Shown here: positions 26,136 to 36,121 of the stretch, piece after piece
Layout of the letters: each line of letters opens with the position of its first letter
Position numbering within the stretch: position 1 is the first letter of the stretch
From: an uncultured Oscillospiraceae bacterium
GTDB lineage: Bacteria; Bacillota; Clostridia; Oscillospirales; Oscillospiraceae
Assembly (NCBI GenBank): GCA_963557675.1
Contig: CAUWEI010000028.1
Coordinates: 1 to 44,990 of the forward strand
Length of the DNA: 44,990 bases
Direction: 5' to 3'
Made by a program: the position numbers and the translations under genes
Notes under the pieces: model-generated
Database searches by the model: none
Told to the model about the DNA's origin: nothing
The model's input: the letters and a program-made list of their open reading frames with translations, nothing else

Positions 26136-27953
26136 TTGAAAGCAGTACGTACAAGGAGTATTATACTCTATTTGCTCCTGGGCTTTCTGCTGATTTCCAC
26201 CATCAGCGGATTTTTTACCGCCTTGGGGCCGAGGAAAATTGATTATTCGGAAGCATTGCAGCAGTTCCAAAAAGGAACGGTGGAAACGTTTGAAGTTTAC
26301 GACAATGTCTTGCAGATGCAGTATCTGAAAGACGGAAAACATGTGGAAGTGAAGTCCTATATTCCAAGTAAGGAAGCATTTCTGGAGGATGTAGGGGAGT
26401 TGCTTCCCGGCTTGCAGGAGCAAGGCACCTTAAAGTCCTATCGCTTTCGCCCGGACTCTAAGCCCGGCATTTTGGAAAAGACAGCTCCTTATCTTTTGGC
26501 AGGCAGTGTGCTTTTGATTGTGTGGGCCTATATGGGAAGCCGGGCTGCCGGCAGCAATCCCGGTGCCTTCACCAAGGCCAAAGCCAACCTGGGTGTCAAA
26601 GGAGATCCTGTGGACTTTTCCAGTGTGGCTGGTGCAGAGGAAGAGAAGGAAGAGCTGCGTGAGGTTGTGGAATTCCTCCAGAATCCTCAGAAGTACAAGG
26701 ATATGGGAGCCAAGGTGCCTAAGGGTATTTTGTTGGTAGGCCCTCCCGGTACCGGTAAGACCTTGCTTGCACAGGCTGTGGCAGGAGAGGCTGGTGTGCA
26801 GTTTTTGTCCATCTCCGGCTCCGACTTTGTAGAGCTGTATGTGGGCGTTGGTGCAGGACGTGTCCGTGACCTCTTCGAGCAGGCAAAGAAAATTGCACCT
26901 GCCATTATCTTCATCGACGAAATCGACGCAGTGGGTCGGCGCAGAGGCGCAGGCATGGGCGGCGGTCATGATGAACGGGAGCAGACCCTTAATCAGCTCC
27001 TGGTAGAAATGGACGGTTTCCAGAAGACCGAAGGTGTGATTGTTCTGGCAGCTACCAACCGTCAGGACATTCTGGACCCGGCTCTTCTTCGCCCCGGTCG
27101 TTTTGACCGTCAGATTTATGTGGGCGCACCGGATGCCAAGGGCCGTCAGGAAATTCTGAAGGTTCATTCCAAGAATAAGCGTCTGGGTCAGGATGTAGAT
27201 TTGCAGAAGGTGGCAATGGGTACCGCAGGCTTTACGGGTGCGGATCTGTCCAACCTCTTGAACGAGGCTGCCATTCTGGCAGTCCGGGAGAACCGAAAGG
27301 TCATTGAATCCAAGGATTTGGACGAGGCCATGATGAAGGTCATTGCAGGCCCTCAGAAGCGCAGCCGGATGCAGCTTCAGCGGGATTTGAAAATTACCGC
27401 TATCCATGAGGCGGGTCATGCTGTAGCGGCATACTTCCTGCCGACACAGGACCCGGTTCACCAGATTACCATTATTCCCAGAGGAAACGCCTTGGGTATG
27501 ACGGTAAATCTTCCCACAGAGGATACGCTGCACCGTACCCGCAATGAGATGTACGAGAGCATCGTTATGCTTCTGGGCGGACGTGTGGCAGAGTCTCTGT
27601 ACTGTGGCGATATTACCACAGGTGCATCCAATGACATTGAGCGGGCAACCCATCTGGCAAGAGAAATGGTGGCCCGGTATGGCATGAGCGAGCGGGTTGG
27701 TACCATCTGCTATGAGGACGATCAGGAAATTTTCGTGGGTCGTGACTACGAAAAGACTCGTTCTTATTCGGAGCAGGTGGCTGGCACGTTGGATGCTGAG
27801 GTGAAGGCATTGGTCGATCGTGCGTATGACCACTGTGTAAAGCTTCTTCGTGAAAACGAAAGCAAACTCTTAAAGGTGTCGGATTATCTTCTGGCCCATG
27901 AAACCATGACCGGAGAGGACTTCCGTGCTTCTATGGAAGGAAAGGAACTCTAA
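26136..27953 (+). CDS. ftsH: ATP-dependent zinc metalloprotease FtsH
   Basis: Two TM helices, [14 protein letters not shown], the [13 protein letters not shown] and HEAGH. TTG start after AAGGAG. Confidence 0.96.
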   Translation: MKAVRTRSIILYLLLGFLLISTISGFFTALGPRKIDYSEALQQFQKGTVETFEVYDNVLQMQYLKDGKHVEVKSYIPSKEAFLEDVGELLPGLQEQGTLKSYRFRPDSKPGILEKTAPYLLAGSVLLIVWAYMGSRAAGSNPGAFTKAKANLGVKGDPVDFSSVAGAEEEKEELREVVEFLQNPQKYKDMGAKVPKGILLVGPPGTGKTLLAQAVAGEAGVQFLSISGSDFVELYVGVGAGRVRDLFEQAKKIAPAIIFIDEIDAVGRRRGAGMGGGHDEREQTLNQLLVEMDGFQKTEGVIVLAATNRQDILDPALLRPGRFDRQIYVGAPDAKGRQEILKVHSKNKRLGQDVDLQKVAMGTAGFTGADLSNLLNEAAILAVRENRKVIESKDLDEAMMKVIAGPQKRSRMQLQRDLKITAIHEAGHAVAAYFLPTQDPVHQITIIPRGNALGMTVNLPTEDTLHRTRNEMYESIVMLLGGRVAESLYCGDITTGASNDIERATHLAREMVARYGMSERVGTICYEDDQEIFVGRDYEKTRSYSEQVAGTLDAEVKALVDRAYDHCVKLLRENESKLLKVSDYLLAHETMTGEDFRASMEGKEL

Positions 27954-27963
27954 GGTAAAAAAT

Positions 27964-28003
27964 AACCGGAACTGTTTCCAATCAGGAGACAGTTCCGGTT
28001 TTT
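27964..28003. terminator. Terminator between ftsH and the convergent amidohydrolase
   Basis: AACCGGAACTGTTTCC-AATCA-GGAGACAGTTCCGGTT followed by a T-tract. Confidence 0.8.
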
Positions 28004-28005
28004 GC

Positions 28006-28860
28006 TTAGAATCGGTCTTTGATAGCGGCAATGCCTTCGGATAAAGCAGTTTCTGTGTCTTTGCCGAGAACTTGCTTTAGATGTTGGTATTCATCCAAAC
28101 CGCCTTCTCCATGGAAAACGGCATAAGCTCCGGCATCGGAACCGGGAGCGATGATACCACCCATGCAGTGAAAATCGTGCAGATTTTTCTGCGCCGAAGA
28201 AAGAATCTGTGACACGGCATTGCAATCAAACCGTGTGGTTCTCAGAAGATTTGCGATGGTAGAGAGAGTCGGGACCCAGACCGCTCCGGCCTCTTTCATG
28301 GCGTGCAAGGCTTCGGTGTTTAGAAATGCGCCATGTTCTACGGAATCAACCTTGCTTTCTGCGGCAGGAATTACGGTTTCCGGTCCATTGGCGTGGACCA
28401 TGACCGAAAAGCCCATATCGTGGGCCCGATCCACCAAATCCCGGATTTCCTGTGCCTCCAAAGGGGCCCCTAGAATGGTGCCATAGTGGTCAAAGTCCAT
28501 AAGTCCGGAAATCATAATCTTAATGAAGTCTGCGCCCTTTTCTTTTGCTTCCTGCAAAAGTGCCTTGTATTCTTCCGGGGTGTCATAGGTTCTGCCAATG
28601 AAGCCGCCGTAATGTCCTTTTTTGTGGATGGGGAAAATGGGACTGCGGTAGGTGATACCGTATTGAGGGGCCAAACGTTTGGCAGTGGCACCCACGTCCC
28701 AACGGTCGCCGCCATCTCGCAGGTAGTCAAATCCCAGTGCCTGATAATGAGACAGGGTTTTGTGAATCCAGTCCAGATTGGGCCGCTCTTTGTGGATGGC
28801 CATGGCATCTTTGTAGTAGACTCCGTCTAAAATCATGTGAATGTGACAATCAGCGTACAT
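28006..28860 (-). CDS. Amidohydrolase-superfamily metalloprotein
   Basis: DCHIH, LRDGG, FIKIM, MVHANG, SVEHG, VPTL and GSDAG motifs. Confidence 0.85.
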   Translation of the reverse strand: MYADCHIHMILDGVYYKDAMAIHKERPNLDWIHKTLSHYQALGFDYLRDGGDRWDVGATAKRLAPQYGITYRSPIFPIHKKGHYGGFIGRTYDTPEEYKALLQEAKEKGADFIKIMISGLMDFDHYGTILGAPLEAQEIRDLVDRAHDMGFSVMVHANGPETVIPAAESKVDSVEHGAFLNTEALHAMKEAGAVWVPTLSTIANLLRTTRFDCNAVSQILSSAQKNLHDFHCMGGIIAPGSDAGAYAVFHGEGGLDEYQHLKQVLGKDTETALSEGIAAIKDRF

Positions 28861-28876
28861 TGTGACACCTTCCCTT

Positions 28877-28909
28877 AAAAAATTCCTGGGGCAACAGCTC
28901 CCAGGAATT
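28877..28909 (-). terminator. Terminator-like hairpin after degV
   Basis: Minus strand AATTCCTGGG-agctgttgc-CCCAGGAATT followed by TTTT. Confidence 0.65.
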
Positions 28910-28914
28910 AAATG

Positions 28915-29763
28915 TTATTTACTGCGAATGAACAGAACTCCGAGAGTACCGGGTCCGCAGTGACAGGAAACCGTGCATCCTGCGGTGGTTTCGTAGATGT
29001 TGGAAAATCCATTGTTGCATTGGGCCACGGTATGTCGGACAGCGGAAAGAGCTTCGTCTGAAACGGGGGTATAGGTAATAAACAGCCGGTCCGTTTCAAT
29101 ATCGTCTCTGTTTTCCAAGCGATCCTGTACATAGTGCTGTAGGCATTTGGTGTAATTACCACGGTACTTTTTGACCACCTGCATCTTACCATCCTTGACT
29201 TCAATACAAGGCTTGAGACTTAGCAGGTTGGCACCCAATGCAGTAGCGGAAGAACAGCGTCCGCCTTTCACCATATATTCCAGACGGTTTAGCACAAAGC
29301 TTGCTTCCACACGTCCGGTAAGATCCTGAAGCTTTTCACAGATTTCGTCCAGATCCTCGCAGGTCTTAGCCAAGCGGCAGGCTTCCAACACAATATGGCC
29401 CTGTCCGGTAGACAGGTTTCGAGAGTCGATCACTCGGACATTGGGGAATCCCTGGGCAGCAATGCAGGCATTCTGATAACAACTGGAAAATTCGGCACTG
29501 ATGTTAATGTGAATGACTGCGTCGTATTTCGGGGAAAATTCGGCAAACAGTTCCTGATATTCTCCAATGCTGAGGGCTGAGGTTGTACACAGAGCTCCGC
29601 CGGCAGCTACATGGGCGAAGATGTCTTCTGGTGTTATGGTCACCCCGTCCAGAAAGTTTTGTTCGTTTTTTACCACGGTGAGGTGAGCCAGCGTAATATC
29701 ATGTTCCTGCAAGAGAGCAGGAGAAAGGTCACAGGTACTGTCCGATATAATTTTAATTCGCAT
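28915..29763 (-). CDS. DegV-family fatty acid-binding protein (FakB-like)
   Basis: ISDSTCDL, ISAEFSSCYQ, IDSRNLS, KGGR and HCGPGTLG. ATG at 29763 follows AAAGGAG. Confidence 0.92.
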   Translation of the reverse strand: MRIKIISDSTCDLSPALLQEHDITLAHLTVVKNEQNFLDGVTITPEDIFAHVAAGGALCTTSALSIGEYQELFAEFSPKYDAVIHINISAEFSSCYQNACIAAQGFPNVRVIDSRNLSTGQGHIVLEACRLAKTCEDLDEICEKLQDLTGRVEASFVLNRLEYMVKGGRCSSATALGANLLSLKPCIEVKDGKMQVVKKYRGNYTKCLQHYVQDRLENRDDIETDRLFITYTPVSDEALSAVRHTVAQCNNGFSNIYETTAGCTVSCHCGPGTLGVLFIRSK

Positions 29764-29904
29764 ACTTACGCTCCTTTGTATGTGCATGTTTGCACAATAA
29801 TGCCACTTCGTTATTTAGTATATTGGCTTTTTGGGAGATGTCAACTGGACATCCTTGCGAAATTGGGTAAAGTGTGGTAAACTGAACAAAAAGGAGACGA
29901 AATT

Positions 29905-30351
29905 ATGGATTATGTACAGAAAGCGGTAGAATTATTCAACAGTGGGTGCAACTGCGCCCAGGCTGTATTTGTGGCTTATTGCGATGTGACTGGGATTCCG
30001 GAAAAGGATGCCATGCGCCTGTCCTCTTCCTTTGGCGGCGGTTTTGGCCGTCTGCGGGAAGTCTGCGGTGCGGTGTCCGGTGCTTGCATGGTGCTGGGCT
30101 GGCTTTATGGCTATGACACCCCCGGCGACGATGAGGTGAAAAAGGCACACTATGCCAGAATTCAGGAAATGGCGGAGGAATTCCGCAAGACCAATGGCAG
30201 CATTATCTGTCGGGAACTGTTGGGCAATCCGGATCATACACCAACTCCAAGCCCAAGAACGAAGGAATATTATGCCAAGCGGCCCTGTGCCGGCTTTGTA
30301 GCCAAGGCCACAGAGTGGGTAGAAGAGTATATTGAAAAGTATCCCAGATAA
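29905..30351 (+). CDS. C-GCAxxG-C-C family putative redox-active protein
   Basis: NCAQAV, FGGG.GR..EVCGAVSG, ICRELL and a final Cys. TTGCGA-17 nt-TAAACT lies upstream. Confidence 0.88.
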   Translation: MDYVQKAVELFNSGCNCAQAVFVAYCDVTGIPEKDAMRLSSSFGGGFGRLREVCGAVSGACMVLGWLYGYDTPGDDEVKKAHYARIQEMAEEFRKTNGSIICRELLGNPDHTPTPSPRTKEYYAKRPCAGFVAKATEWVEEYIEKYPR

Positions 30352-30377
30352 TCGTGGAAACCCTAGACATTGCGCCT

Positions 30378-31082
30378 TTATTTGCAGGAAACTCCGGTTG
30401 ATTCTGGCCTCTGATATAAGCCGGAAGCAGCCATAGAAACAAAGTCATCATCCGCTACAATGATATGGTCTGCTAAAAGAACGCCCACCGCATCCAAGGC
30501 GGTGGCCAGACGTTGGGTGGTGTCGATGTCCTCTTGAGAGGGCAAAGCAATACCGCTCGGGTGGTTATGGGCCAGCACTAAGGAGGTTGCGCCGGAAGAT
30601 AGTGCATACTCTACGATGGTTCGCAGAGGAACTCCAGTGGAATTGATGGTGCCTTGCCCCAGAAGCTTACAGGCCAAAACTTTGCATCTGGCATCCAAAC
30701 TGAGAGCATAGACGGTTTCTTCTCTCCGGCCAAAAAACCTTGGGAGCAGATAAGCACCACAACTGTTGACTGTGGGTAAGATGGTATGGGAGGCTGTGCG
30801 GTGAACCATATAGTATCGACTCATGGCTGTGATTAACTGAATAAGGGTGGCAGCATTTTTCCCGATGCCGGGAATCGCCTCCAGTGCAGAGACAGGAGCC
30901 TCTAAAACGCCGGTAATGGAACCAAAATGCTCCAGAAGTGCATGGGCCATTGGGGCAGTGTCTTTCTGGGGAACGGCGTAAAACAGGAGCAGCTCCAAAG
31001 CGTGGGCTTCGGTGAAAGAGTCAAGCCCTTCTTCGAGAAACCGCTCTTTCAGCCGTTGACGATGGCCTGCATGAATGGACAT
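30378..31082 (-). CDS. radC: RadC/JAB-domain protein (UPF0758)
   Basis: HAGHRQRLK, ELLLFYA.P..D, the HhH GIG motif, HNHPSG..PS.ED and DHII. Confidence 0.92.
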   Translation of the reverse strand: MSIHAGHRQRLKERFLEEGLDSFTEAHALELLLFYAVPQKDTAPMAHALLEHFGSITGVLEAPVSALEAIPGIGKNAATLIQLITAMSRYYMVHRTASHTILPTVNSCGAYLLPRFFGRREETVYALSLDARCKVLACKLLGQGTINSTGVPLRTIVEYALSSGATSLVLAHNHPSGIALPSQEDIDTTQRLATALDAVGVLLADHIIVADDDFVSMAASGLYQRPESTGVSCK

Positions 31083-31227
31083 AAAATACCTCCATAAAAA
31101 TACTTGCTATTTTGTAGAATGATATATATAATGGGTGAATCATTGGAAGATACACCCTGTAGTGGAAATAGTTTTCAGGGTGTAAAGAGAAAAATGGTAC
31201 ACCCTATGGAAGAAGGGGGGAGACATC

Positions 31228-32313
31228 ATGGCAAACACAAAGGAGTGGAAAGCATTGCTGAATATTGTACCGATGCCAGCCTTTGCGGTGGAGCACGGTG
31301 TAGTAGTCAGTGTCAATCGAGAAAGTTTGGCAGCAAATCTGCCCGTAGGGAGCCAAGTGAAACCCATACTGTTGACTGGTGAACAGGAGTATGACTCTTT
31401 GGAGGAAGGCAGCCTGTGCCTGACCATCGACGTGGGAGGCTGTCCCCAAGGGGTGGCAATGTGCCGCTTCAAAGATGATGTAGATCTGTTTCTTCTGGAC
31501 CAGGAGGCAAAGCGGGAAAGCTTGCGAATTCTGGCTCTGGCAGCGCAAAAGCTTCGAGATCCTCTAAATGCCATCATGGGAGCTATGGACCACTTGATCC
31601 CGGAACTGAATCTGGATGAAGCTCCTTTCCTGCAAAGTGATGTGGCCAGTATCAATCGTGGAGCCTATCAGATTTTGCGATTGGTGGGAAATATGTCGGA
31701 TGCAGTGGGCTACTTGACTGTGGGAAATGTGAACCGTGAAAAAACGGAAGTAGGAGCCTATTTTGGTCAGATGTTTGAAAAAGCAGGAATATTGGCGGAA
31801 CAAATGGGGATTACGGTCACCTTTAAGCCGCTCAAGGAAGAAGTGATGTGCTACATTGACCGCCAAAAAATGGAGCGGGCCGTGTACAATCTCCTGTCCA
31901 ATGCTCTCCGTTTTACCCCCAAAGGCGGCACCATTAGTTGCTGGCTGACTGCTGATACAAAGCAGGTAGTGCTGCATATTCAGGACGACGGAGAAGGGTT
32001 GGCAGAGGAAATTCGTGATACCCTGTTTACACGCTACCTTCGTGAGCCTACGGTAGAAGACAACCGTTATGGCATGGGCCTGGGCCTGTTGCTGGTGCGT
32101 CAGATTGCAAGCCAGCATGGAGGGACTATTTTAATTAGCCCGGAGCAGCAAGGAACCACAGCAGCCTTGTCGATGGAACGAAAGGCGGTAGAAGAATCCC
32201 AGCTTCGGTCTCCTATTAAGGAACTGGATTATGCAGGTAACTTGGATCATAGCTTACTGGAGCTGTCCGGAGAACTTCCGGCGGGTTCCTATTGCTTTGG
32301 TGCAAATTGGTAA
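31228..32313 (+). CDS. Orphan cytoplasmic histidine-kinase-like protein with a degenerate H-box
   Basis: N box NLLSNALRF, G1 DDGEG and G2 GMGLGL. The HisKA helix reads AQKLRDPL. TTGCTA-17 nt-TATAAT lies upstream (31104-31132). Confidence 0.85.
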   Translation: MANTKEWKALLNIVPMPAFAVEHGVVVSVNRESLAANLPVGSQVKPILLTGEQEYDSLEEGSLCLTIDVGGCPQGVAMCRFKDDVDLFLLDQEAKRESLRILALAAQKLRDPLNAIMGAMDHLIPELNLDEAPFLQSDVASINRGAYQILRLVGNMSDAVGYLTVGNVNREKTEVGAYFGQMFEKAGILAEQMGITVTFKPLKEEVMCYIDRQKMERAVYNLLSNALRFTPKGGTISCWLTADTKQVVLHIQDDGEGLAEEIRDTLFTRYLREPTVEDNRYGMGLGLLLVRQIASQHGGTILISPEQQGTTAALSMERKAVEESQLRSPIKELDYAGNLDHSLLELSGELPAGSYCFGANW

Positions 32314-32323
32314 TATGCAGTTG

Positions 32324-32359
32324 AGCACTGCCTCGTCACAGGACGAGACAGTGCTTTTT
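32324..32359 (+). terminator. Terminator between the kinase-like gene and the convergent uvrA
   Basis: AGCACTGCCTCGTC-ACAG-GACGAGACAGTGCT-TTTT. Confidence 0.75.
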
Positions 32360-32363
32360 GCAT

Positions 32364-35192
32364 TTATAGAGAGAGCATGGGTTTTAGATACTGGCCTGTG
32401 AAGCTGCCTTCTGTGGCGGCGACTTCTTCCGGGGTACCTTGCGCCACAATGGTACCGCCGCCGTCACCGCCCTCAGGGCCAAGGTCAATGATATAGTCGG
32501 CGGTTTTAATAACATCCAGATTGTGTTCAATGACCAAGACGGTATTTCCGCTTTCTACCAGAAGCTGAAGTACATCAATGAGCTTGTGGACATCGGCGGT
32601 GTGAAGGCCGGTAGTAGGCTCATCCAGAATATAAATGGTAGAGCCAGTGGAACGCTTTGCCAGCTCTGTGGCCAGCTTTACACGCTGGGCCTCACCGCCG
32701 GACAGGGTGGTGGAGGACTGGCCCAGCTTCACATATCCCAGACCTACATCCACCAAGGTTTTTGCTTTTCGGTAGATTTTGGGCAGGTTTTCAAAAAAGG
32801 AAACGGCTTCCTCAGCGGTCATATCCAATACATCCGAAATGCTCTTTCCCTTGTAGAGAACTTCCAGAGTCTCTCGGTTATACCGGCGACCGTGACAGAC
32901 CTCGCAGGGGACGTAAACATCGGGGAGAAAGTGCATTTCGATTTTAACAAGTCCGTCACCGCAACATGCTTCACACCGTCCGCCCTTCACATTGAAGGAG
33001 AAGCGGCCGGGGCCGTAGCCACGCATCTTTGCATCGGTAGTGGCGGCAAAGAGGTCTCGAATATCGTTGAAAAGACCGGTATAAGTGGCGGGATTGGAAC
33101 GGGGCGTTCTGCCAATGGGACTTTGGTCAATGGCAATGACCTTGTCTAGATGCTCCATTCCTTCTATGGCTTCACAGGCACCGGGATGGGTTCTGGCTTT
33201 ATTGAGGGTGCTGGCCAGGGCTTTATAAAGAACCTCGTTGACCAGACTGGATTTACCGGAGCCAGAGACACCGGTGACACAGGTAAAGGTTCCCAGAGGA
33301 ATAGAAACATCCACATGTTGCAGATTGTTTTCTGTAGCTCCCTTTACCCGAAGAAACTTTCCATTTCCGGGCCTTCTTGTGGCAGGCACCGGGATTTTCT
33401 TTACGCCGGACAGATACTGACCGGTGAGGGAGTTAGGACAGGCCAGAATGTCCTCCAAAGTGCCGGCAGCTACCACTTCACCGCCGTGAACGCCGGCACC
33501 GGGGCCAATGTCCACAATATAGTCCGCAGTTCGCATGGTGTCCTCATCGTGTTCTACCACAATCAACGTGTTTCCGATGTCTCGCAGGTGTTGGAGCGTT
33601 TCCAGAAGCTTGGCGTTGTCACGCTGATGCAGACCAATGGACGGTTCATCCAGAATATACAGGACTCCCATGAGAGAAGAACCGATCTGGGTTGCCAACC
33701 GAATCCGCTGGCTTTCGCCGCCGGAAAGTGTACCGGCGGAACGACTCAGGGTGAGATACTGTAAGCCAACATCCTGTAAAAAGCGAAGCCGGGCTGTAAT
33801 TTCCTTTACGATAGGTGCAGCGATGACGGCTTGATTTCCCTCTAATTTCAGGTCCTTAACGAAGTCTAAGGCATTACTGACGGACAGACGACAAAAGTCT
33901 GCAAGACCCAGACCGCCTACGGTGACAGCTCTGGCAATATCAGAAAGACGGTCTCCGTGACAACGTGGGCAGGGGGAATCGGTCATACATTCTTCCAGCT
34001 CTTTACGCATGGACTCCGAGGTGGTTTCGTGGTAGCGGCGTTCCAGGTTCGGAATGATGCCCTCAAAGGGCTGCTCAAAGGTTCCGGTACTGGTTCCGCG
34101 ATTATAAGAAATGTGCAGCTTTTCCTTTCCGGTGCCATAGAGAATCACACGCTGTGCCTCTTTGGACAGGGATTCAAAGGGTTCGGTGAGGGAGAAGTTG
34201 TATTTTTCAGACAAAGCCAGCAGATACATTCCGAAAATGGATTCCGGACGGGGACTACTCCAACCGGAAACCTGAATGGCACCGTCTTTCAGAGACTTTG
34301 CAGGGTCCTGCACCACCATTCGAGGGTCTACCGTTCGGCGGAAGCCGAGGCCCGTGCAATCGGGACAGGCACCATAGGGGGTGTTGTAAGAAAACATCCG
34401 AGGTTCCAGCTCCGCCAGACTGATGCCGCAGTCCGGGCAGGCATAATTTTGAGAGAATTCCAAATCCTGATCTTCCTTGGGCAGGTGAATGACCACCAGA
34501 CCATCTGCATGGGAGCAGGCAGTTTCCAGAGAGTCTGCCAGTCTGCGGCGAAGGTCGGGACGGAGAATCAAACGGTCTACTACCAATTCAATGGTGTGCT
34601 TTTTGTTTTTCTCCAGAGGAATTTCTTCGTTGAGATCATATAGAATCCCATCGGCCCGCACTCTGGCAAAACCGGCCTTCCGGGAGTCCTCCAAAAGCTT
34701 TTTGTGCTCACCCTTTTTGCCCCGAATGACGGGAGCCAGAATGAGGAACCGGGTTCCTTCCGGCAGGGCCATGACCTGATCTACAATCTGATCGATGGTT
34801 TGCCGCTTAATTTCCCGGCCGCACTTGGGGCAGTGGGGTACGCCCACTCGAGCCCAAAGAAGACGGAGATAATCATAAATCTCCGTCACGGTTCCCACGG
34901 TGGAACGTGGGTTTTTGGAGGTGGTTTTCTGGTCGATGGAGATGGCAGGAGAGAGACCGTCGATGGAGTCCACATCGGGCTTGTCCATCTGACCCAAAAA
35001 CTGCCGGGCGTAGGAAGACAGGGATTCCACATACCGCCGCTGACCCTCCGCATAGATGGTGTCGAAGGCCAGAGAGGACTTGCCGGAACCGGAAAGTCCG
35101 GTAAATACTACCAGTTTATTCCGGGGAATGGTAAGATCGATATTTTTTAAATTGTTTTCTCTGGCACCGTGAATGTGTAGCTTGTCATTCAT
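32364..35192 (-). CDS. uvrA: Excinuclease ABC subunit A
   Basis: Two ABC ATPase modules ([34 protein letters not shown]) and Zn fingers, 942 aa. Confidence 0.97.
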   Translation of the reverse strand: MNDKLHIHGARENNLKNIDLTIPRNKLVVFTGLSGSGKSSLAFDTIYAEGQRRYVESLSSYARQFLGQMDKPDVDSIDGLSPAISIDQKTTSKNPRSTVGTVTEIYDYLRLLWARVGVPHCPKCGREIKRQTIDQIVDQVMALPEGTRFLILAPVIRGKKGEHKKLLEDSRKAGFARVRADGILYDLNEEIPLEKNKKHTIELVVDRLILRPDLRRRLADSLETACSHADGLVVIHLPKEDQDLEFSQNYACPDCGISLAELEPRMFSYNTPYGACPDCTGLGFRRTVDPRMVVQDPAKSLKDGAIQVSGWSSPRPESIFGMYLLALSEKYNFSLTEPFESLSKEAQRVILYGTGKEKLHISYNRGTSTGTFEQPFEGIIPNLERRYHETTSESMRKELEECMTDSPCPRCHGDRLSDIARAVTVGGLGLADFCRLSVSNALDFVKDLKLEGNQAVIAAPIVKEITARLRFLQDVGLQYLTLSRSAGTLSGGESQRIRLATQIGSSLMGVLYILDEPSIGLHQRDNAKLLETLQHLRDIGNTLIVVEHDEDTMRTADYIVDIGPGAGVHGGEVVAAGTLEDILACPNSLTGQYLSGVKKIPVPATRRPGNGKFLRVKGATENNLQHVDVSIPLGTFTCVTGVSGSGKSSLVNEVLYKALASTLNKARTHPGACEAIEGMEHLDKVIAIDQSPIGRTPRSNPATYTGLFNDIRDLFAATTDAKMRGYGPGRFSFNVKGGRCEACCGDGLVKIEMHFLPDVYVPCEVCHGRRYNRETLEVLYKGKSISDVLDMTAEEAVSFFENLPKIYRKAKTLVDVGLGYVKLGQSSTTLSGGEAQRVKLATELAKRSTGSTIYILDEPTTGLHTADVHKLIDVLQLLVESGNTVLVIEHNLDVIKTADYIIDLGPEGGDGGGTIVAQGTPEEVAATEGSFTGQYLKPMLSL

Positions 35193-35346
35193 AATTGATC
35201 CTCGTATCCTTAGAGAAATGAAAATATATACTGTTATTATACCATATTTTCATTAAATCGCAACATCATACAAAAAATAATAGCAAATTGGAGAAAAGAT
35301 TTCCAATATAAAAAATTGGGAAGACACCTAGCAGCTTCCCAATTCA

Positions 35347-35982
35347 TTAACCCTGATTTACATAGTCGCAATAGGGGGCCAGTGTACAATTTTGACACTG
35401 GGGCCTTCTGGCAATACACACCGCTCTGCCATGCAAAACAATGCGGTGACAGAAGTCGGAGCTTTCCTCCGGGGGGAGGATTTGCCGCAGTTGCCGTTCC
35501 ACCTTTTCCGGCTCCTTGCCGTGGCTTAGTCCCAGAAGACCACAGATGCGGATGCAATGGGTGTCACAGACCACAACGCCGGGGGTCTTATACAGGTCGC
35601 CCAGCAGCAGATTAGCGGTTTTTCGGCCCACACCGGGCAGTTTTAGCAGAGCTTCCATGGTGTCGGGAACCTTGCCGCCGTACTCTGTCAGCAGCATCTG
35701 ACAGGCCAACACAATGTCTTTGGCCTTGTGTTTGTAAAAGCCGCAGGAGCGAACCAGCTCCTCCACGTCGGCAATGTCTGCCTGTGCCATAGCTTCCAGC
35801 GTTGGATAAGCGGCAAAAAGAGCTGGGGTGATTTCGTTGACCCGCTTATCGGTACACTGTGCAGACAAACGAACGGCAATCATCAGCTCATAATCCTTTT
35901 TGTAGTGCAGGGCACACTGGGGATCGGGGTAGGCTTCCTTCAGTGCCTCTACAATAGCCCGAACCTTCTCTTCACGCTCCAT
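35347..35982 (-). CDS. nth: Endonuclease III
   Basis: LSAQCTD, the HhH LPGVGRKTAN, DTH and the 4Fe-4S motif Cx6Cx2Cx5C. Confidence 0.95.
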   Translation of the reverse strand: MEREEKVRAIVEALKEAYPDPQCALHYKKDYELMIAVRLSAQCTDKRVNEITPALFAAYPTLEAMAQADIADVEELVRSCGFYKHKAKDIVLACQMLLTEYGGKVPDTMEALLKLPGVGRKTANLLLGDLYKTPGVVVCDTHCIRICGLLGLSHGKEPEKVERQLRQILPPEESSDFCHRIVLHGRAVCIARRPQCQNCTLAPYCDYVNQG

Positions 35983-36121
35983 ATTAGCCTCCTGAATCTC
36001 ATTTTTCTACATTATACCACAAAAAAACAGGGCTGCAAAGAGGGAAAATGTTAGGAAAAGAAAGAGTGCATTTTGAAGGAACCTGTGTTATACTTAGAAG
36101 AAAACGAAGGGAGGCAGAAAC

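Noticed and set aside
30378-31082. radC as a marker of a mobile element
   Set aside because: It is the full-length chromosomal form with the HhH region, and no integrase, transposase or att-like repeats are nearby.
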